DNA of 64,000 nt from Eledone cirrhosa. Lineage: Eukaryota. Of the stretch, positions 27,682 to 40,389 are shown in pieces. The translations under genes and the position numbers were made by a program. The stretch covers positions 341,310,001 to 341,374,000 of the forward strand of contig OZ024741.1 in assembly GCA_964016885.1 (NCBI GenBank). Reading direction: 5' to 3'. Under the pieces are notes generated by a model, which ran no database searches, was not told the origin of the DNA, and worked only from the letters and a program-made list of their open reading frames with translations. Positions within the stretch are counted from its first letter, which is position 1. Each line of letters starts with the position of its first letter.

Positions 27682-27959
27682 AGTGATGTGTTGTTTCCTT
27701 GAGCAAGACACTCTATTTCCCATTGCTCGAGTTTACTCAGCTGTAGAAATGAGATGATAGGGAGTGGGGTCCCTATCATTCCACTGCAAAGTGGTTGTGG
27801 AGGTGCCACGGCAAAAAAGCACCCAGCACTCACTGTAAATGAGGTTGGTGTTAGGAAGGGCATCCAGCTGTAGAAATCAAGCAAGAATCAGTTCCCGTCC
27901 CACCCTTGCAAGCAGGGAAAAGCAGATGTAAAATGATGATGATGATGATGATGATGATG
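27682..27959 (+). mobile_element. Headless CORE/RTE SINE
   Basis: Matches 36862-37107; (TGA)n tail. Confidence 0.85.
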
Positions 27960-27999
27960 TGTATTATTTATAAGTGTCTGTAACAAAAGGTTGTGTGCC

Positions 28000-28290
28000 T
28001 GCATGAATCAGCCGACAGCTTCCTGCCTCAGAGCTATCTGCCGCATGCACTGGTACAGACATGTCCTCCACCTGCCACCAGATCATCCTACCAGGGCCTT
28101 ACTCTCATTTGACACAGCAGCTACAGGCTGGAAGAGGCCCTGCGGAAGGCACAGCACCAGATGGTTGGATTTCATCCAGGAAGATATCCAGAGGCTCGAT
28201 ATCACCTTGGAAGATGCAAAGGGGTTGGCACGGGAACACCCCAGCAATGGGGGGCACTGTGGACCTGGTTAGGTCTATGCATACAAGCTG
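28000..28290 (+). mobile_element. Old RTE-like LINE C-terminal fragment
   Basis: WYRHVLHLP..HPTRALL..GWKRPCGR..TRWLD. Confidence 0.7.
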
Positions 28291-28774
28291 CAACAATATT
28301 GATTCTTTTAAAATGTTTTAATTTTTTTTTAATTTAAGACATTTTTTCATTATCAAATTTAATAATTGCTATTAAATTTTTAAACTTGCCAAAAAACACT
28401 GCACTCAATTTAAAATGTATTGCGTGTGTGTGTTTGTATGTGTGCATATGTGTGTGCATGCATGTGTGTGTGTGCATGCATGTGTGTGTGGGAGAGATAG
28501 CTAGATAGAGTTGTTGATGAAGGTATTGAAAAGAAAGATTGTACAGGTTCAATCCCACTCTCTGTCACATTGGGGTAAGTGATTTTTTACCATAGCCTCA
28601 GGTCAACTCAAGTCTTTGACAGAAATTGGACAGACAGAATCTGTGTGGTGGCCTGTCAGATGAACTGAACTTGTAATTCTTGTATCATATTGTGTTTAGC
28701 TCATTGCTTCTGACAATTACATTAAGGGTACAAGTGACTATGGAATACTCAGTCACTTACTCTATATATAATAA

Positions 28775-28965
28775 TTTCTACTATAGGCACAAATCCAGCA
28801 ATTTAGGTGGTAGGGAAAGTTGATTATATCGACCCCAGTGCATTACTGGTGCTTTATTTTATCGACCCCTGTAAGGATAAAAGGCAAAGCTAACCTCAAC
28901 GTAAAGGGCCATAACTCCATGGTGCAAAGCATGGTGTATGACGTTCTACTGATACTGCCAATCCA
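28775..28965 (-). mobile_element. SINE family 2 copy
   Basis: Reverse complement of the gaggttagctttgcct..atccttac.ggggtcgataaaataaag.accag block seen at 30555 and 42595. Confidence 0.75.
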
Positions 28966-28981
28966 TCAACCTTATATATAT

Positions 28982-30212
28982 CTAGCTGGCCCGTCCGGTT
29001 GGCCCGTCCGGCTAGGTATACCGGCATTTTATCTTTTCAGGAATCCCCCTACACTCCAGTGCAAAGATACCGCATGCCCTCTCAAGTCAGCGAGGAGGGG
29101 GGGGGGGGTTAATGTGCTCTGACGTTGGGTTTGAATAGTTTTTAAGATTCCCCAGTTCAGCAGCCAGTACATTAAAGAAAATTGATAGTTACAACAATAA
29201 AGACTGAACAGAGAACACATTTTTTAACAAACAATAATTTGTACAACCATAATGGAAATTCCAAGTAACAGAAAATATTGGGAGAATCAGTGATTTCGTA
29301 GCTTGTCTCGCAGAGAAGCTCTGTAGACGTTGACCTCTGGACACTCCTGTCAGGAGCAGGGAAGCTGTAGTGACTTAGAGGCCTACCACCAATCTCCAGA
29401 ACACTGTTTTCAAGACAAATGAGCGCCTCATTGAAAACGACATCATACTGGAATGTTACATTTGGATTGTGTCTGCATATGCGGTAGAGGATGTCGTCAG
29501 CTAGACTTTCGCGGTGGTTGTTCCACAGTGCAAGAGGGTCGGCGAGATCGCAGTTGTGCAGCACAATAGCAAAAAGTTTTCGCAGCTGAGAAGGGACTTT
29601 AGCAGTTGCTGCTTCTTGCAGGGTGAGGTGCCAATGGCTGTCATCGTGTAACAAACCACGCATCTGGCAAGCCAAATGGTAAGTGGAACATTGATGGCCA
29701 ATGATCGTTCTCAGATCTTGGAAAGACTGTGGTCCTCTAACCTCGAACAGTAACTTTGACGATAAGCCGTCTGTGCTTTCGTGAAATAAATAGGTTTTTG
29801 TTTTTGCGTATGCAAAAATATCTGTTCACGAATATATATATTAAAATAACAGATTAAAGTTTAGGCAAAGAATCGCTGCTTTCACCCTTAACTAAAAATA
29901 TCTGTCTGTGAACGCAGAAGTAAATATTTCAAAAAACGTTATCTAATGCAGACACAAAAAGAGGGGAATGTTGTGCGACATCATGAGAAAAAGTGATGAA
30001 TGACATATAACCGTAAGTGTTGACATTTGAAATGTTAAAGAAGTGAATATTTAAATAATGTCTTTCATCTTTTAACAAAATTCAGTAGACAAAAATACCC
30101 TCACTTTTTTACTGGGAAAAAGTTACATCTATGGTGCAAATTTGGTTGTTTGGTCCAGCTGTTTGGTGGAAAGTTTGTTACCTACATACGGCCATCAGCT
30201 TTATAGTATAGA
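28982..30212 (-). mobile_element. Internally deleted Helitron with RepHel fragment
   Basis: TC...CTAG termini on the minus strand. ORF 29172-29675 ACQMRGLLHDDSHW..LQEAA..QLRKLFAIVL..DPLALW is typical of the Rep-helicase linker. Confidence 0.85.
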
Positions 30213-30479
30213 TACAAGATAAACTTTATCTGTAATTCACAGCCTTATCTCACGTTGTGTCATGCAAATTCTGTTTGAGAATTACATTAAGGGTACAATT
30301 CTCTGTGAAATACTCAACCACATATACTACGAACATGAGATAAAATGTATCTTATACTTTGGTCTAACTTTACCTCAACAAGGAAAAACAGGGAAAGAGG
30401 AATATAATAGGAAAGGGTTTCAGAAAGAGAGACAAAGTAAGAGACAGAAAAAGAGAGACATGCAAAATATTTTTTAAAA

Positions 30480-30688
30480 TGCAATATCGGTAGAGCATCA
30501 GATACCCTGCTTCAAGGCAGAGAGTTGGTTCAAATTCTAGGTTCAAATTCCATTGAGGTTAGCTTTGCTTTTCATCCTTACGGGGTTGATAAAATAGAGC
30601 ACCAGTAATGTACTGTGTAAATTTAATCGACTTTTCCTTCCCCTTCAAATTACTGGCCTTGTGCCTATAGTAGAAACCATTATTATTA
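30480..30688 (+). mobile_element. tRNA-derived SINE family 2
   Basis: B-box-like ggttcaaattcc, conserved middle domain, (ATT)n tail. Related copies at 33055-33230, 42505-42695, 44015-44140. Confidence 0.75.
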
Positions 30689-31074
30689 GCTGTAGTCTTA
30701 TTTTCATTGTGTGCTGTCACTGCATTACTGAGCACAGTGTTGTGTGCCTTGGGCATGTGCAGTGTTGCTTTTGGTTTTATTGTTTCTACTGTGTTGAAAG
30801 TCCCCCTCATAATATAGGTATAGTGTCTAGTAAGGTTTTTTCCTTCATGTTATATATAGTCCTAGAGTTTTGGTTATGAGATTGTTTCTATCATCCATAT
30901 TTGAGTTATTTCCTCTTGTTGTCATCATTGTCATAATCATCATCATTGATGGTTTGAAAAGTATATGATAATTACCAGATTTTCTATAGTCTGTCAAGTC
31001 TCAACAAATACCTTAAACAGACATAATTTTCCTGGGTAAATGTGCAGTGGTATTAAACCTAAAGCTCCAATGAT

Positions 31075-31928
31075 GGGCAATGCGATCGGTGGAAACTCCA
31101 CCTTGGTGTTCTATAGCAGGTTAGTGGAGGGAAAGAGCAACAACATCCTTGGGGAGACTCTGGGCATCAATGAAGATCAACTAGCCAATCTTTGGGCCGG
31201 GGTCCATGGACAACTTCCAGAAATCTCTGGCCTGGCAGTGCTACCAAGGAGCTTTGCCAGTTCGGGATAAACTCTACAGGCATGGAAGTACCGTCAGCTA
31301 GGCCTGTCCAAGATGTGCGCAGGGCGACAAAACCGTCTTGCATGCACTCGTCCAGTGTCCAAGCATTGCTGACTTGTGGGTTTATGTCAAACACCTGCTG
31401 TCACATGTAGGACGGATCCAGCTAACAGCTGAGTCCATCGTGAGAATTGCCCCGCCGTCTTCCTTTACCCAGGAAGGGCAGGCAGTTTTTATCTGCCTGG
31501 TGGCCATGTCGAAAGGGCTGAAGACGAACACTTACTTCTTTGGTGATGCCCTGATTAACTTTTTCAAATTTCATTTGAAAAGGAAAATCAGGGTGGAGAG
31601 GGAACTGCTCTCTTCCCAGCAATTTGTTGAAAGATGGCCCGAGTGAATGGGCTTGCTCTGAGTATTCACCTGTAAATTGAAGGTGGAAAATAGGGAAAGG
31701 GCACTTGCCCTGGTGGTCAGGGTCACCGTGGCTTTTTTAATGGGCTTTCCCCACGACTGTCCCTCAGAAGTCACCTCCCTATTGCGGAATTTTCTTTTGT
31801 TTCTTTTTTTGTCATTTGCTTTGTTTTTTTACTTTACATGCAGAAATGCTCATTTGTACCATCCTGTGCTGTCCTTAATGTTATACTTTATGTCAACCCT
31901 CATGGTTAATAAAGAAAGCATTATTATT
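31075..31928 (+). mobile_element. Tx1/L1-like LINE 3' fragment, degraded
   Basis: [31 protein letters not shown]; homologous to 33540-34500. Confidence 0.8.
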
Positions 31929-33046
31929 GTTCTTTGAGTCTCAGTCATTGATGTTAGTTAACTGGAAAGTTTGTTGAAATGAATATCAATCCACTACCTG
32001 CAGCCTCAGATATTCAGGACGTATTGGAGGGTTCTTGCTGTTCCCAGCAAGCATGCCTTTTGAAGTGTTCCAAAAAGCAGAGCGGGGCCAATATTCTTTA
32101 ACCATCCCTGGAAACTCTTTGAGATAGTACCTAGTGCGCCTATGACAATCGGGACCACTTTGACTTCATGGCAGTTCCAAATCCTTTTTACCTCCCACTT
32201 TAAGTCCTGGTATCGGTTAATTTTCTCCCTCTCCTTCTCTTGCACTCTCGTGTCGAATGGGCAGGCCACATCCACAATCAGGCACAATCTTTTTTCCTTG
32301 TCCAAAACCACCAGGTCAGGTCTATTGTGTTCCAGTTTCTTGTCCGTCTGTATCCTAAAATCCCACAGCACCTTCACCTGATCGTTTTCTATCTCCGACT
32401 CTGGCTTATGCTCATACCACTTCTCAGAATGTGGTAAATTGTTTACTTTGCATAGGTGCCAGTAGATCACCCTGCCCATCACATCATGTCTCCAGCCTTT
32501 ATAGTGAGTCTGGGCTAGGTGTTTACACTCGGATACAATGTGAGCCACAGTCTCCTCTCTCTCTCCAAAAATCCTGCACAGTGGGCTAGCCTCCTCCTTG
32601 TAAATATGGTGTTTCAGCCACTTCGTTTTGAGGGCTTGCTCTTGTGCAGCCATTAGCATTCCTTCTGTAGCCTTTTTAAGGTCTTCTCTTTTCAACCAGT
32701 TCCATGTCTGTGGATCTCTGAATTCAGTTTTCTCAAAGAAGGTACTATGAAGGGATTTTTCATGAAGGCTGTTCTTTCTCCTTGTTGTTATTTCCTCCTT
32801 GGACATCCCCTGGTCTATTGTTCTCTCCTTCAGTACAGTTCTGAGCATTGGCTCCTTACTATCGGTCACGTATTTGTGTAGGTTGTTTTTCTCCATCTGA
32901 ACACAGTCCGCTATGTTGATAAGACCTCTTCCACCTTCAGATCTCCTTAAGTAGAGTCTATCGACATCACTCCTCTTGTGGAACATGTTGTAGATAGTCA
33001 ATAGCTTCCTAGTCTTCCTATCCATTTCTTTTTGTTCAGCAACTTA
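31929..33046 (-). mobile_element. R4/Dong-like non-LTR 3' part (CCHC-type finger plus restriction-like endonuclease)
   Basis: ORF 32006-33025: LYL.RSEGGRGL, AAQEQAL, CRIF..EETVAHIVSEC, RHD, RPDLVV..IVDVACP, KINRYQDL, VPIVIGALG. (TAA)n on both sides. Confidence 0.88.
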
Positions 33047-33407
33047 TTATTATTCGGATGCCATGCTTTCCAGCATAGTTACGTCCCTTTACGATTTGAG
33101 TTCAAATCCCGCTGAGGTTTGCTTTTTCCTTTCATCCTTACGGGGTCGATAAAATAAAGTACCAGTAATGCACTCGGTAATTGCTGGCCTTGTGCCTAAA
33201 GTAGAAACAATGAATATTATTATTATTATTTCTCCACAAATGTCCCTCGGAAGTCTCCCCCCTATTGGGGAATTTTTCATCGTTATTTTTTTGTTACATC
33301 CTCTGTTTTTGTTTTTTACACGCAGAAATGCCCATTTGTACCGTCCTGTATTGCCCTGTACTGTACTTAATGTCTACTTTATGTAAACCCTTGTGGTTAA
33401 TAAAGAA

Positions 33408-34500
33408 AGTGGTCGCCGTTTATCAGACAGGCCTTTCCGCAGCTCATTTCTTTGATTGAACTGCAGTCCTGGGTCAAGAAGAGACCGAGACTGGGTGACT
33501 GGCACCTGGAATGTTGCCAGGCACTCACTGCCCTCTACCAAGCGGGCAATGCGATCAGTGGAACTTCCACTCTCGAGTTGTATAGAGGATTAGTGGTGGG
33601 CAAGTGCAATGACGCACTCGGAGAAGCTTTGGGTCTCGACGAAGTCGAACTGACCAGTCTGTACCGGAGGACTTTTGAGCCGGGGACGATGGACAATTTC
33701 CAGAAATCCCTCGCTTGGCAGTGCTACCGGGGAGCACTGCCGGTTTGGGATAAACTCTACAGGCACGAAAGTGCTGTCAGACGGACCTGCCCAAGATGCG
33801 CACAGAACGACGAAACCGTTCTGCACGCACTTGTCCAATGTCCGTGCATTACTGACTTGTGGAGTTATGTCGAACAGCTACTGTCGCGTGTGGAACGAAT
33901 CCGGCTGTCGGCCGAGTCCATAGTGAAGATCGATCCACCGTCTTCCTTAGGTCAGGAAGAGCAGGAAATTTTCCTCTATCTGGTGACAGGTGCGAAAGAG
34001 ATTATATGGTGGACAAGGTTGAAAGGACTAAAGACAGACACTTTTCTCTTCGGCCAATCCCTCATCAACTTCTTCAAGTTTCACCTGGAAAGGAAGGTGA
34101 GGGTGGAGAGAGAAGTGCTGTCCCCCAGTACATTTGCTAAAAGGTGGGTGAATGTGGTGAGAATGGCTCGTGTGAATGGGCCTACTCTGACCATGCGCCT
34201 ATAGGCTTGCTAACTTGAGGAGAGGGGTGCTCTCCCTGGGTGCCCTAGAAGTGCAGGGTGGTTCAGGATTGGTGGGGTACCCGAGTCACCCCAGGGTCGT
34301 CCACTCCCTATCGGGGAATTTATTTTGTTATATTTATGCATTGTTTATTTTATATCTTTATATTTTCATTGTTAAATTAGTCTTGCCATTGTGCGTTTTA
34401 CTCGACCTTATTGTAAACCCCCACTGTCCCTGTCTTTGTATTGTCCCCTACATGTCGGCCCTTGTGGCTAATAAATGAAATCATTATTATTATTATTATT
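33408..34500 (+). mobile_element. Tx1/L1-like LINE 3' part (zf-RVT-like region)
   Basis: ORF 33452-34204: W..YRGALPV..CPRC..DETVLHALVQC..LW; aataaa plus (ATT)n tail. Confidence 0.82.
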
Positions 34501-34621
34501 ATTTTTGTTTTTTACACGCAGAAATGCCCATTTGTACCGTCCTGCATTGTCCTGCACTGTCCTTAATGTCTACTTTATGTAAACCCTTGTGGTTAATAAA
34601 GAAATCATTATTATTATTATT

Positions 34622-34939
34622 ACAGTTGCATTTATCTTGCTTTATGTTCATACGAGTTATCACCAAGTCACAACCAGTGACCTCAAGAGCCAACAAGGTC
34701 CGCCATGTTCAAGAAAGAACATACATATTCACACATGCATCTTTAGTGTTTAGACTTGTGATGTACTTATATTGACAGAATCTTCCTTAGTATATGGGCA
34801 GTTCCCATTAGTACTATCTTTTGTATTTCTCCTATACGCGGGTTTCCTGGGATTTGCGATAAGTAATCATTAGAACCCTTAGGTATCATTTCCAGAGCGC
34901 CTACAACCACTGGTATTGTTTTAGTTCTCAATTTCCACA

Positions 34940-34942
<3 letters not shown>
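34622..34942 (-). mobile_element. Second R4/Dong-like 3' fragment
   Basis: Minus ~34940-34770 reads MWKLRTKTIPVVVGALEMI..IQKIVLMGTAHILRKILSI*. (TAA)n on both sides. Confidence 0.82.
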
Positions 34943-34997
<55 letters not shown>

Positions 34998-35351
34998 TAT
35001 CCATTTATTTTCCAGATAAAAAAAATTTCATTAATGACAGAAAATAAAATCCACTTGATATTTCAATTTTATTTGGTGAAAATTGTGTTTTCCTAAGTCA
35101 AAATAAACATTATCTATTTAAAATTCAATATTTTATTTTTAATAGACCCCACTATGTCAATTCAATTTATATTCTACAGTTTTCTTAATCCATATTTATA
35201 CATTACTGTTTATTATTATTTTTATAGTATGTTATATCATCCACTTTGGCAAACAGATTTTTATTTTATTTTAATTAATTTTCAGTAATAAATATTTGCA
35301 TTAACTTTGGAATTTTAAATATTGTCTGGTGTTTTTCAGTAACTGTAATAA

Positions 35352-35685
35352 CACATGGCTTAGTAGTTAGAGCATTGGGCTTGCAATCGAAAGGTTGTGA
35401 GTTCAATTCTTGGACCGGGTGATGTGTTGTGTCCTTGAGCAAGATATTTTATTTCATGTTTCTCCAGTTTACTCAGCTGTAGAAATGAGTTGCAACATCA
35501 CTGGTGCCAAGCTGTATCAGCCATAGCCTTTCCCTTGGACATCATCAGTGGCATGGAGAGAGGAGGCTAGTATGCATGGGCAACTGCTGGTCTTCCACAA
35601 ACAACCATGCCCGGACTTGTGCCTCGGAGGGAAACTTTCTAGGTGCAAATCCCAAGGTCATTTGTGACCAAAGAGGATCTTTTCA
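35352..35685 (+). mobile_element. tRNA/CORE SINE with an alternative 3' half
   Basis: Head and CORE as at 24880; diverges after gtagaaatgag. Confidence 0.8.
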
Positions 35686-35707
35686 TATGAAGCACATCAT
35701 ATTTTAA

Positions 35708-35949
35708 CCCTTTTGATACCAAACCACATGAAACGGACACTAATTTTATGATACTAAATTATTCATTTTAAAGTATTTATATTTATCTCAAAAACTTCCA
35801 ACAATTTTATATTAGAACCTTGGTCAAGTTATGTTCCAATCATCAGCTAAATAATGAGAAAATTTGTTATTTTACTAAATCCGTCAAAATTCAAAATTAT
35901 TTGAAAATCTTTAGCTGTGTCTTTCATTAGAAATATGGTAATGGAAGGG
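35708..35949. mobile_element. TTAA-flanked piggyBac-like MITE
   Basis: TTAA|CCCTTTTGATACCA ... TGGTAATGGAAGGG|TTAA. Related copies at ~45177-45404 and ~57792-58020. Confidence 0.7.
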
Positions 35950-36433
35950 TTAAAGTGTTTATAATTATCTAAGAACTTTCCATCATTGAGTTCTGCTCAA
36001 TATTTACATTGACAACAATTTAGGATCTGGTCTTTCCATTTAAAATTGTTTGAAAATCATAGACAGTGTTTTTTCATTAGATATATACTAACAATGCTGT
36101 TGAAGTATTCACTTTCTCACTGGTATCATCTGTGTTTGAATATCTATTTCAATACTCTTGTTATAGTAGTTGTTTTTTGTCTACAACTTGGTACAGATAT
36201 GGCTGCGTGGTTAAGGAGTTCACTTTACAACTATGTGCTTTTAGCTTCAGCTGCACTGTGTGATACCTCAGTCAAGGATCTTCTACTATAGCTTTAGATT
36301 TACCAATATTTTGGGAGAGGAATTAGGTCGACTGAAACTGCATATGAATATATATATATATTTGAGCCCCAGGTTCAATTGGGGCTAACTACAGTTAGTA
36401 AGGTACTCAATACATTAGTAGAGTGTAAACATC

Positions 36434-36547
36434 AAGTTTAATATAGAAATGGCTTTTTGAGCACTAGAACGGTGTTTCGTTCAAAAGAAATCATTAGGAG
36501 AGCCCTTCCCCGATGATTTCTGTGGTAGCCATTTCTATATTAAACTT
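36434..36547. repeat. Nested inverted repeat with decayed hammerhead-like core
   Basis: 21-bp perfect arms 36434-36454/36527-36547; inner arms 36487-36498/36510-36520. Confidence 0.75.
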
Positions 36548-36572
36548 TATATATATATATACATCAAATGAT

Positions 36573-36724
<152 letters not shown>

Positions 36725-36725
36725 A

Positions 36726-36789
<64 letters not shown>

Positions 36790-36792
36790 GGA

Positions 36793-37107
36793 GGCACATG
36801 GCTTAGTGGTTAGAGCATTCGCCTTGCAATCGAAAGGTTGTGAGTTCAATTCTCAGACCGGGCAAGACACTTTATTTCACATTGCTCCAGTTTACTCAGC
36901 TGTAGAAATGAGATGATAGGGACTGGTATTCCACTGTAAAGTGGTCGTGGAGGTGCCACGGCATAAAAGCACCCAGCACTCACTGTAAATGAGGTTGGTG
37001 TTAGGAAGGGCATCCAGCTGTAGAAATCAAGCCAGAATCAGTTCCCGTCCCACCCTTGCAAGCAGGGAAAAAGCGGACGTAAAATGAAATGATGATGAAA
37101 TGATGAT
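36793..37107 (+). mobile_element. tRNA/CORE SINE with RTE family-A tail
   Basis: A box tggcttagtggtt, B box gagttcaattc; tail matches 19304-19343. Confidence 0.9.
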
Positions 37108-37126
37108 ATATATATATATATACATG

Positions 37127-37929
37127 AAATGATTCTATGGACATACTTTTGATATATTGCTCTGATTATTTAATTTATTAATTCTTCATTGAGCCACATC
37201 GTGAATGGTTGCCACATATATATATGTGACTTTGTTTAGATTATGTAAATCTTTATATTTAATAATCTCCCATTAGGTTGAGATGCAATTTGGGCAATAT
37301 TGGGCTGCACTTTCTAGCAACCAGCCCACTCGCCGTAAGCAAACAATCACATTCTTTCTAACTTGACCACTGCCACATCACGATTCTTAGCCATTTTAAA
37401 ATCTATTTCTGGCGGGGATCGCTTTGGAAAATTACCTGTCCTATGAGTTTGTCTCCTGATGAGTTCGAAACTCGTGATTTTATCCTTAATAGAATATCTC
37501 AAAACGCGAACGAAACCCCAGGGTAGGGACATAATGATGGTAAGAGTGTACGCATGTCTTCTAACTTTAATGTTATACTTAATTGTGTATGGTTGACGGT
37601 ATATTTAGTCGATTTCTACATGCTGTTGAAATGTTGGGTAAATATTCTAATGCGGTCGGCCGCGAAGAGGCTGCTGTCGTTTATTTATCAAATATTTCTT
37701 CATATGAGCCTTTATTCTTATAGCCTGGTCTAATTGATTTTTTATGTGATTAATTATGCTAATTGGGAGAGGAAATTGTATATATTTTATCAAATGATTC
37801 TATTGACATACTTTTGATATATTGCCCTGATTATTTAATTTATTAATTCTTCATTGAGTCACATCGTGAATGGTTGCCACATATATATCTGTGACTTTGT
37901 TTAGTTTGTATATATGTAAATCTTTATAT
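37127..37929 (+). mobile_element. Non-coding ~1.2-mer element (665-bp period) containing a hammerhead; retrozyme/pLTR-like
   Basis: 37127-37258 is repeated at 37792-37929; TA tracts on both sides. Confidence 0.75.
37450..37531 (+). ncRNA. Type I hammerhead ribozyme motif, canonical core
   Basis: tgtctc-CTGATGA-gttcg(39 nt)cgaac-GAAA-ccc(ca)ggg-TA-gggaca. Predicted cleavage after GUA at 37525. Confidence 0.88.
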
Positions 37930-38141
37930 ATATATATACATACATATGTATGTATATAAATACATACATATACATACATCGTACATATGCATGCATATAT
38001 ATATATATCCGACACTAATTTGCATAATTTGCATAATAGACTAAATAAATTTAATAACCCCACTATCCTGGAGCTTCCAACAGAAATGGTCGCATTCTTT
38101 AAGGGTATCTCAATATTTATTTATAAAACTGAACTATATTA

Positions 38142-38206
38142 TATTTTATCTGATGAAAGCGCACCATAATTTGACTTGGTGTCCTTGAAATATGTATAAT
38201 GAAATA
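38142..38206 (+). ncRNA. Type I hammerhead ribozyme motif
   Basis: tattttat-CTGATGA-aag.c.gcacca(10 nt)tggtgt.c.ctt-GAAA-ta(tg)ta-TA-atgaaata. Confidence 0.82.
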
Positions 38207-38248
38207 AATATGGTTTTATAAATATAGTTTCCATTTGTTAATATATCG

Positions 38249-38286
<38 letters not shown>

Positions 38287-38513
38287 AACATATATACATA
38301 TATATATATGTTTTATTTAAAAAAAAAAATTTCAATGTAATTCATCACCAAAAGTAAACAAGAGCATAGGAGGATATATATTTTCACAAAGGCTGAAGAT
38401 TGATTTCACACGCAAGATTAATCTGCTATGATTAATCAGATACCATCATGAAAGTGAGTAGCAACAAATACTTATGTTTAGTTGCCAGGTACTTTAATAA
38501 TCTAAAACATCTC

Positions 38514-38630
38514 GGCATGTGGCTGAGTGGTTAGAGAACTGGATTCGCAATCGTGAGGTTGTGAGTTCAATTCCTGGACCGGGCGATGTGTTATGTCCTT
38601 GAGCAAGACACTTTATTTCACATTGCTCCT
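38514..38630 (+). mobile_element. tRNA/CORE SINE 5' half
   Basis: A and B boxes plus start of the CORE-like domain. Confidence 0.8.
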
Positions 38631-38747
38631 TCTACCTGGAGTTGCGACCGATAGATAGTATTAGCAATTGGAAAGACCAACAGAAACATTGTTTCCTCGG
38701 TCCGATTTGACGAAAGTCGATTGTTCCTATAATATAATATATATATA

Positions 38748-38779
<32 letters not shown>

Positions 38780-38782
<3 letters not shown>

Positions 38783-39260
38783 CCCCATCCCACTACCCCC
38801 ACCCCATCCACACCACCCCCTTAAATGTGAAGTTATGTTGGTACCACAACATCCAGTCCGAAACAAATGAGGTCGTATAGGTGTGACGACAAAAAAACAC
38901 ACAGTCCACGCTGTAATGTGGCCGTGTAGGTAACACGGTAAAAACCTCCCAGTCCACACTGTAAATGTGGTTGGTGTTGGGAAGGGCATCCAGCCGTAGA
39001 AAACCCACCAGACGTGTAGGTGTCACAACAATAAAACACACAGTGCACGCTGTAATGTGGCTGTGTAGGTAACACGATAAAAACCTCCCAGTCCACACTG
39101 TAAACGTGGTTGGTGTTAGGAAGGGCATCCAGCCGTAGAAAACCCGCCAGACAGTCCTGAGCAAGACAACCAATCTTGCCTCAAGTGGGACAATTCCCGT
39201 CCAGACCCATGCTAGCGTGGAAAATGGACGTTAAATGATGATGATGATGATGATGATGAT
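38780..39260 (+). mobile_element. RTE family-B 3' end with internal duplication
   Basis: ~38874-39012 is repeated at ~39013-39152; (TGA)n tail. Confidence 0.9.
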
Positions 39261-39486
39261 CTCTATAAATACATAGAAAGTATTTGATTCACACTCGCTG
39301 GTCGGATACATGTGCTGCAAACATAATTCTCAGGAAGATTCAGTATGACATTTTCCAGTTCAGTGAACTGGAGCAATGTGAAAAATAGTATATTGCTTAA
39401 GGATACAACATACTACTAGGATTGGAGCCTTATGATCATGAGCTAAACACCCTAGCCACTAAGCCACATGCTTGTATATGTGTATG

Positions 39487-39560
<74 letters not shown>

Positions 39561-40016
39561 GAGAGAGAGAGAGAAAGACATACAGACAGACAAGAACTAA
39601 CCACTAATTGATTTTATGTCTTTAACCCATTGATATAAAAAATTATATATATATACTTACACATGTGTGTCCATGTATGTATGAATGAATGAATGAATAC
39701 CATAAGCTATAAATTTAGACAACCAGTGATTCTAACTGTTGGCACTATCATATATTTTGGTTTGCTAGGAAAATGTTTGACCGAATGCTTTGTTTATTTA
39801 TTATTTATTTTTTTTTGTTATTCTATCTCTAAGACTTTTTTAAAAAGATATTTTTTAAAAGCAAAGCATTGGTCCCTAAAATACTACAGTGGGTCCATGC
39901 AGTGCTACTGTGGAACCTGGAGCCCATCTGCCATTGGGCAACCTGGCAACCTGGCCAGTCTGCCACTGTATATATATATTTGTAGTTTACTTGAAGCATA
40001 GTATATGGTATAAAGT

Positions 40017-40334
40017 ATTCTAAGTTTAAAAGCCACGACAATGTGAATTGGACGAATAAATAATTAATTAAGCCGTAAGAAACAAGGAGTGTTTTTTACT
40101 TTAACTTATTTATATGACCTGAGATTTTGAGATTAACATCTCTTCTTCTGAGGAAAATAAAGGAACTATTCCAGTGTCTGATGCAGCTTGCTATACCATG
40201 CTGTCCAGAGATGTTAATCTCGAAATATCAGGTCATATAAATAAATTAAGGTAAAAAGCACTCCCTGTTTCTTACGTCTTAATTGTTTGTTTATTCGTCC
40301 ATTCCACATTGTTGTGGCTTTCAAACTTAGAATT
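40017..40334. mobile_element. Fold-back element with ~125-bp arms and hammerhead remnants
   Basis: 40017-40142 is inverted at 40208-40334. Confidence 0.8.
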
Positions 40335-40389
40335 CTTTATATGTATTATATACACACACATATATATACATATATATATATATACGTAT

